Source of the DNA: Candidatus Hodarchaeota archaeon
GTDB taxonomy: Archaea; Asgardarchaeota; Heimdallarchaeia; Hodarchaeales; Hodarchaeaceae
Direction of reading: 5' to 3'
Assembly: GCA_016839785.1 (NCBI GenBank)
Contig: JAEOTQ010000088.1
Coordinates: forward strand, 1 to 52,707
Length of the DNA: 52,707 bases
The number at the start of each line of letters is the position of its first letter. Position 1 is the stretch's first letter. Shown here in pieces: positions 47,754 through 52,707 of this stretch. The notes beneath the pieces are model-generated. The model did no database searches, was not told the origin of the DNA, and worked only from the letters and a program-made list of their open reading frames with translations. The position numbers and the translations under genes are program-made.

Positions 47754-49613
47754 TTATTCTTTCATTGGCAGAATTGTATACGTAAAGACAGCTATTAAGG
47801 TTAATCCAGAAATTCCTAGAAATAGAACAATTGGTAACTCTTCTAAGGAGTTCTGTCCTTGAGGGTTTGTCGTAACGTATGTTATAGGCAGTGTCCATTC
47901 TGTGGATATTTCTGATAAAGTTATATAGGCCGATCCAAGAGGAGGAAGATCTGCAGTAAACAGTTCTCCTGGCTGGTATTGGCCACTTGAGGTTCCATTT
48001 ACATACACGTTGTATTGCTCGGTCAAGTGTTTTAATCTAAATTCCAAACTTTTTTGTTGTGCATAAGGATTAAAAATAACATAAACACGATCTTCAGGAT
48101 TAGGTGGAAAAGAATGATCAAATATATTTAGATTGACAATCAAAGAATTATTATCCGTTGCTTCTCCCAGTGCTTCAAACATTAAATAGTTCCATAATGT
48201 TTCTCCAGCCCCATAAATTTCTTTTCCGTTGTATCCTGCTTTTAATGGATCAGGATCATAAGCTCCTCTAGTAGCATGGTAATCAATATCCTCATAGGGA
48301 ACATATTGCAGTGTAGTTGGTCCATAATCTCTTTCATACACATCAGGTACGTTAGGACTAAAGAAGTAAAAATTTTTTATTCGATTCAAATTTAAAATCT
48401 TTAGGGGTTCAACAGATTTGAATCCAGGTCTAAAATACAGATCTTTAAGGAAGGATGTCCAAAATAAGATCGATTCGATATTTTCTTTGTATGCTGGAGC
48501 ATTAATTCCTCCAGTATTGACTTCCTTTGGATTAGCATAGGGGGAATGCATTCCATCCCGCCAGTTTGAGGGTAACCAAGGACTAGGATCAGAATTAAAT
48601 CCAAATGACCAATCAATTCTTCCATTATTATAATAGAGCACCTGTTCTTCTGCGTAAAATAAATCGATAGCCAATTGAGCAAAATCAGTTGTGGAATCAA
48701 TTATGTCTGCATACTGAAAAAGCCTTGACGCCGCGGCCACTCCTGCAGCTATCTCCTGTGGTTCATACATCAGCTTATATGGTTCTTTAACTGATCTGAT
48801 TGCTTCAAGAGCAGTTTTAGCTTCAAATAGGTAATTGATATTACCCGTAAGCTCATAAGCGTCTAGTAAACTAAACGCTAATAAACCAGAGGTGCCATAA
48901 TTAATATTCTCATTTCTAGTTTGTTGTTTTGTTTCAACACTAACAAACTGTGGGAATAAATAGTTAAAGTTGTGAGCCATATCTATAGCACTCCCGAGAG
49001 AGCCAAAATAAGATTCATCTAAAGCTGAAGATTCACTCATCATAAATAATTGCCCCCATTTCAAAACAGAGTTTTCTAAATAGTACCAAGAGTCGTGAGA
49101 AGTTTCTCCTGGACCATTGGTAGCTTGTTCATATACTTCAGAGTAGTACAATGATAGACTATTTATGAATTCGTCAACTAGTGATTGTTGTGTAGAATTT
49201 GGATGTAGTTGTAGAAACCGAAAAAGTGGCCAGATTACATCTACTGTTGCTATAAGCTCAGAACTTTCTCTGGTCCAATCCTCTCCTCCCCAACCATCAG
49301 CCCCCTTTACATACGGTCGAAATCCTATATTTCCTCCAGATAAATTAATCCAACATTCATCAAATGTTAAAAGATCATCAATACTCTTTCGAGTATAATC
49401 TGTCCAATTTGTAGCATATTCAGGGAATTCAGTGTACGCTGGTAATGTATTAATTGCGGCTTTACGTGATGTAATCATTGAATCCCAGTCAGTATAGATA
49501 TTAACTTTATTTATAGGCTCAGGTTGATTAAAAACAAGGAGTAGTAAAGTAAGTACACTAATTATGCAAATAACAATTAACATGTATCGGAAGGAGAAGA
49601 AATTAAGCTTCAT
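47754..49613 (-). CDS. Secreted/membrane-anchored alpha/alpha-barrel glycosidase-like protein (paralogue of 31073..33499)
   Basis: N-terminal signal/TM, C-terminal TM, AYELTGNINYL helical motif, motifs shared with 31073..33499. Confidence 0.65.
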   Translation of the reverse strand: MKLNFFSFRYMLIVICIISVLTLLLLVFNQPEPINKVNIYTDWDSMITSRKAAINTLPAYTEFPEYATNWTDYTRKSIDDLLTFDECWINLSGGNIGFRPYVKGADGWGGEDWTRESSELIATVDVIWPLFRFLQLHPNSTQQSLVDEFINSLSLYYSEVYEQATNGPGETSHDSWYYLENSVLKWGQLFMMSESSALDESYFGSLGSAIDMAHNFNYLFPQFVSVETKQQTRNENINYGTSGLLAFSLLDAYELTGNINYLFEAKTALEAIRSVKEPYKLMYEPQEIAAGVAAASRLFQYADIIDSTTDFAQLAIDLFYAEEQVLYYNNGRIDWSFGFNSDPSPWLPSNWRDGMHSPYANPKEVNTGGINAPAYKENIESILFWTSFLKDLYFRPGFKSVEPLKILNLNRIKNFYFFSPNVPDVYERDYGPTTLQYVPYEDIDYHATRGAYDPDPLKAGYNGKEIYGAGETLWNYLMFEALGEATDNNSLIVNLNIFDHSFPPNPEDRVYVIFNPYAQQKSLEFRLKHLTEQYNVYVNGTSSGQYQPGELFTADLPPLGSAYITLSEISTEWTLPITYVTTNPQGQNSLEELPIVLFLGISGLTLIAVFTYTILPMKE

Positions 49614-49689
49614 GTTTCCTACAAATCGGATATTTCTATTTAAATTATGTGAAGTAACACCACTCTTAGATAATTAAAAAAAAGGAGAA

Positions 49690-51672
49690 TCAAGTTCTCC
49701 TCTTTTTACGTAGGAGAAGGATGATTGTACCCAATGCAAAGGTTACACTTTTAACACTTGAGAATGGACTCGTTCTTGTAGTTGTTGTGGTTGTAGTAGT
49801 CTCCTGAGTGGAATCGTCCCTGGTGACAGAAATTGTTGTGGTGGTCGTAGTTGTTGTAGTTGGTTCAACAGGTTCATAATCCACAGTTACATTATTTATC
49901 ATGGTTCTTGTCTCATCGTAAGTAATATTTCCTTCTACAGGAGCAACGACAATAATATAGGAAGTATCTGCGGGAATTTCAAATGTTGTTATCCCTGTAA
50001 CATTCGTTACGAGGAATGATCCCGAAGTAGTCTCGTATAAACTTTTATTCTCTAAACCAACGTCAATCTCAACAGTTTTACTAATATTATGAGGATTAAA
50101 ATATAGATACGTTGGATAAGCTTCTTCGTGATAATAATCTGTTACTAAACAGTCTAGTTGCAAAATCTTTTCATCATTTGTAGGTGCGATGATTGCGCCT
50201 AAATTTCCCACATGAGAGCTTCCATATAAACCTAGATTGGTAGCTCCAGTCTGGTCAGTGTATCTATTGGGGTTATGATCGCCAGTTGCGAGAGGAATTA
50301 TACCATTCCAATCTTTCCTTAGTGATTCATATGCTACACAATTGTTTGGGTCGTAAATATCTTTCCAGTCTTCACTATCCTGGTGAGCAGCATCTAGATC
50401 GGTACCATAATGTAAACGGGCGGCATTAGCCGCATTCAGTACAAATTTACCAATATCATGAGCATACCGATCATCATATCGAACTACTGGTACTAATGCT
50501 CCGACTGTTTCAAAGGTATTCATCGCAAATGCATATCCTCCCAAGTCTGTAATGCTTCCTGATAAACCATAGACGTCAAAACCTCCCCACTGATCAGCAA
50601 TAACCCCCCAGCCTCTACGTACAGCACCAGTGCCCGTTCCAAAGCACCAATCAATCATTTTATTCACATTGTATGCTCTACCAAGTTCTGCATTCATACG
50701 GGCGGTAATCAATACACCATATAGCATTAATACCTCATAGTATGGATTAAAGGAAAGTGAGTTTAAATAATCAACACACCACTCCGCTGCAATCAAATAT
50801 TTTGGATCACCGAATTTCAAATAGGCCATATACTCTATCCAAGCGATGGCTCCTGCTGCATCAGGTTCCTCCCATTCCGTTCTTAGCATATTATCGTAAG
50901 GAGCCATCACATCAAAATCAAACGACGTATGTAAAAAATTTGGTAAGGTCCAAGGAGAAATTTTCCCACCCAAACTCACGCATGCATCATACCATCTATT
51001 AGCGACACCCCGCATCTGATTTTCAAAGTCTCCAACGTCAGGATAATAATCTGCGAGCATATAAAATAATAAATTAGGAAATAAGACATACCAAAAACTT
51101 GATCTTGATCCAGTTTGTAGATTATTTAAGTAAATATACTGGTTAGTATCTATATTATACCAATTTTCACACATTTCCACCCAGTTATACCCACTCTGGT
51201 TGCTTTTATCAATTCCTACCAGTGTTGCACTCAGAACGGCCGCCATTAGATTTATAGCTTCATCGTTCATTGGTAATCCTATATAGGAGGGGGCTCTAAA
51301 AACATCACGATTGCCTGCTGCTCCCCAATGATTGGTTCCTATTGATGTCAGCGGTAAAAATGTTCCTGTGGCACTTAGATTAAAAAATAATGTATCATAA
51401 TCATGTGCAACTTGTTTCCAATCCCTCATGTTGAAGGGCTCAGGAAGATTGGGCATAAGAGCTACTCTTGTTATTTGACCGATTTCATCTACTGATTCAA
51501 TTTTAAGATTATTTTGGCTCCTAAATGATCCAATTAAGTTACCTGAACCAAGAACGAGTAGCAAGCATATAACTAGAGAGGCTAGCATTATCCCCCTTAT
51601 TCGAAAATTATGAGTTCTGTTTGGAAATGCCATGTGTTCGATGTGAATTTCTGTAATAATAAGTGTTTTCAC
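49690..51672 (-). CDS. Surface-anchored uncharacterised alpha/alpha-barrel glycosidase-like protein with Thr linker and CTERM-like tail
   Basis: Signal peptide (true start probably an internal ATG such as 51633); MPNLPEPFNMRDW, EPDAAG, AYLKFGDPKYL; poly-Thr, SPF, TM, RKKRR. Confidence 0.65.
   Translation of the reverse strand: MKTLIITEIHIEHMAFPNRTHNFRIRGIMLASLVICLLLVLGSGNLIGSFRSQNNLKIESVDEIGQITRVALMPNLPEPFNMRDWKQVAHDYDTLFFNLSATGTFLPLTSIGTNHWGAAGNRDVFRAPSYIGLPMNDEAINLMAAVLSATLVGIDKSNQSGYNWVEMCENWYNIDTNQYIYLNNLQTGSRSSFWYVLFPNLLFYMLADYYPDVGDFENQMRGVANRWYDACVSLGGKISPWTLPNFLHTSFDFDVMAPYDNMLRTEWEEPDAAGAIAWIEYMAYLKFGDPKYLIAAEWCVDYLNSLSFNPYYEVLMLYGVLITARMNAELGRAYNVNKMIDWCFGTGTGAVRRGWGVIADQWGGFDVYGLSGSITDLGGYAFAMNTFETVGALVPVVRYDDRYAHDIGKFVLNAANAARLHYGTDLDAAHQDSEDWKDIYDPNNCVAYESLRKDWNGIIPLATGDHNPNRYTDQTGATNLGLYGSSHVGNLGAIIAPTNDEKILQLDCLVTDYYHEEAYPTYLYFNPHNISKTVEIDVGLENKSLYETTSGSFLVTNVTGITTFEIPADTSYIIVVAPVEGNITYDETRTMINNVTVDYEPVEPTTTTTTTTTISVTRDDSTQETTTTTTTTRTSPFSSVKSVTFALGTIILLLRKKRRT
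49777..49860 (-). repeat. Two poly-Thr-encoding ACN runs (stalk)
   Basis: Seen directly. Confidence 0.8.
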
Positions 51673-51697
51673 ACATTTATATTAGTAATAAAGTGGA

Positions 51698-52333
51698 CTA
51701 TAATTCTCCAGATGATTCCATTTCCCCTAATTTAGAGAGAATTAGTGAAATACTCTTTTTCATTCTATTATAATCCATAGAAGAGGAAATCGGATTAAAC
51801 ACAACTTGTTCTGGTAATAAAGGGAGATGAATAAAACCAACCCTACAAGGCGGAGTTTTTTCTTGAGTAGATACATGATGCAAGGAATGGTACATTATTT
51901 GATTGCAACCGAAAGTCCCAGCAGAATACGAGATATAACAAGGAATTTGATTGTCATTGAGGTGTTGCACAAGATTTTTGACTGGAAGTGTACTGAAATA
52001 TGCAGCAGGCCCACTTGGTTCCAAAATTTCATCTTCAGGCTTGGATCCACAATTATAAGGTAGATTATTTGTATTAGCTAGATTAATAGCTACTTTCTCT
52101 ATAGATATTGCCGAACAAGAAGCTTGACCCAAATTAAGAACGATTTCAGGTTCGTAGGCATCTATCAATCCTGTAATTTCTTGTTTAATCTTATTAAAAC
52201 GTAGTGATATGGTCTTTCCGATTACTCGTATGTTTGAAAATTCCACATTGTTTAGATCTTTTGCAATCATTTCTGAGGGATTTACAGAATGACCACCAAA
52301 AGGCTCAAAACCTGTTAATAAGAGAGTTATCAA
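51698..52333 (-). CDS. pcp: Pyroglutamyl-peptidase I
   Basis: LLTGFEPFGG..VNPS, LGQA, IEKVAIN (Glu), AGTFGCN (Cys), GFIHLP (His). Confidence 0.95.
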   Translation of the reverse strand: MITLLLTGFEPFGGHSVNPSEMIAKDLNNVEFSNIRVIGKTISLRFNKIKQEITGLIDAYEPEIVLNLGQASCSAISIEKVAINLANTNNLPYNCGSKPEDEILEPSGPAAYFSTLPVKNLVQHLNDNQIPCYISYSAGTFGCNQIMYHSLHHVSTQEKTPPCRVGFIHLPLLPEQVVFNPISSSMDYNRMKKSISLILSKLGEMESSGEL

Positions 52334-52426
52334 TCCATTACCTCGCTATCATGAAAAGCAGTATTACACGTATACTAGAAAAATTCATTATAGATATTAT
52401 TCATAAACACTCTAAAGGCTGAAAAG

Positions 52427-52707
52427 ATGTCATCAGATACACCTGAATGGGATACTTATGCGAGAAATACATTGAATCCACTCATTCAGGCGCATTATTA
52501 TTTCACAGTCTGGAGAAACTATCGATTATTGCTTCACGGGTTAAATATTCAACGAGGAACACTACTAGAACTTGGTTCCTCAACAGGCCAAATTTCTTTA
52601 AGATTATCAAGAAAGTATAATTTATCTCCTACTCTGGTAGATACATCGGCATTTGCACTACGCCTAGCAAATCAAAATTACCGAAACAAGGGGATCATAC
52701 CTATTAC
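52427..52707 (+). CDS. Class I SAM-dependent methyltransferase, truncated by the window edge
   Basis: Manual translation MSSDTPEWDTYAR...LLELGSSTGQIS...LVDTS; the frame is open to the end of the window and absent from the ORF track. Confidence 0.75.
   Translation, partial: MSSDTPEWDTYARNTLNPLIQAHYYFTVWRNYRLLLHGLNIQRGTLLELGSSTGQISLRLSRKYNLSPTLVDTSAFALRLANQNYRNKGIIPI

Noticed and set aside
1-52707. tRNA/rRNA genes, transposases, integrases, defence systems
   Set aside because: No GC-rich structured RNA segments or recognisable protein motifs were found by eye.

Overview
AT-rich, gene-dense archaeal chromosomal segment. F420 genes cofC/cofD, GGTG/GAGG ribosome-binding motifs, Thr-rich PGF-CTERM-type surface proteins and a stand-alone receiver domain suggest an Asgard archaeon, probably Heimdallarchaeia/Hodarchaeales-like (taxonomy is inference). 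Three blocks: (1) ~0.1-14.6 kb surface-glycan biosynthesis (methyltransferase, Wzx-type flippase, GT-B/GT4/GT2 transferases, an LpxA-like acyltransferase, Gfo/Idh/MocA oxidoreductase, UPF0104 flippase-like protein, ManC); (2) ~14.6-18.8 kb housekeeping (response regulator, cofD/TIM-barrel/cofC, lipoate ligase); (3) ~18.9-51.7 kb mannose-glycan utilisation locus. Block 3 has cytosolic GH38, GH130 and GH2 mannoside-active enzymes, several surface-anchored proteins from uncharacterised families, and no conventional sugar importer. Instead it encodes an unusual membrane module: two LolD/MacB-type ATPases, a mini-FtsX permease, a 1512-aa degenerate M28-peptidase/FtsX fusion, two OPT-like polytopic proteins, an orphan PqqD/RRE protein and small partners. 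This module is the best candidate for an undescribed system. Two genes appear to need non-canonical starts (CTG, ACG). No rRNA, tRNA, CRISPR array or mobile element was recognised. All family calls come from reading motifs by eye, not from database searches.
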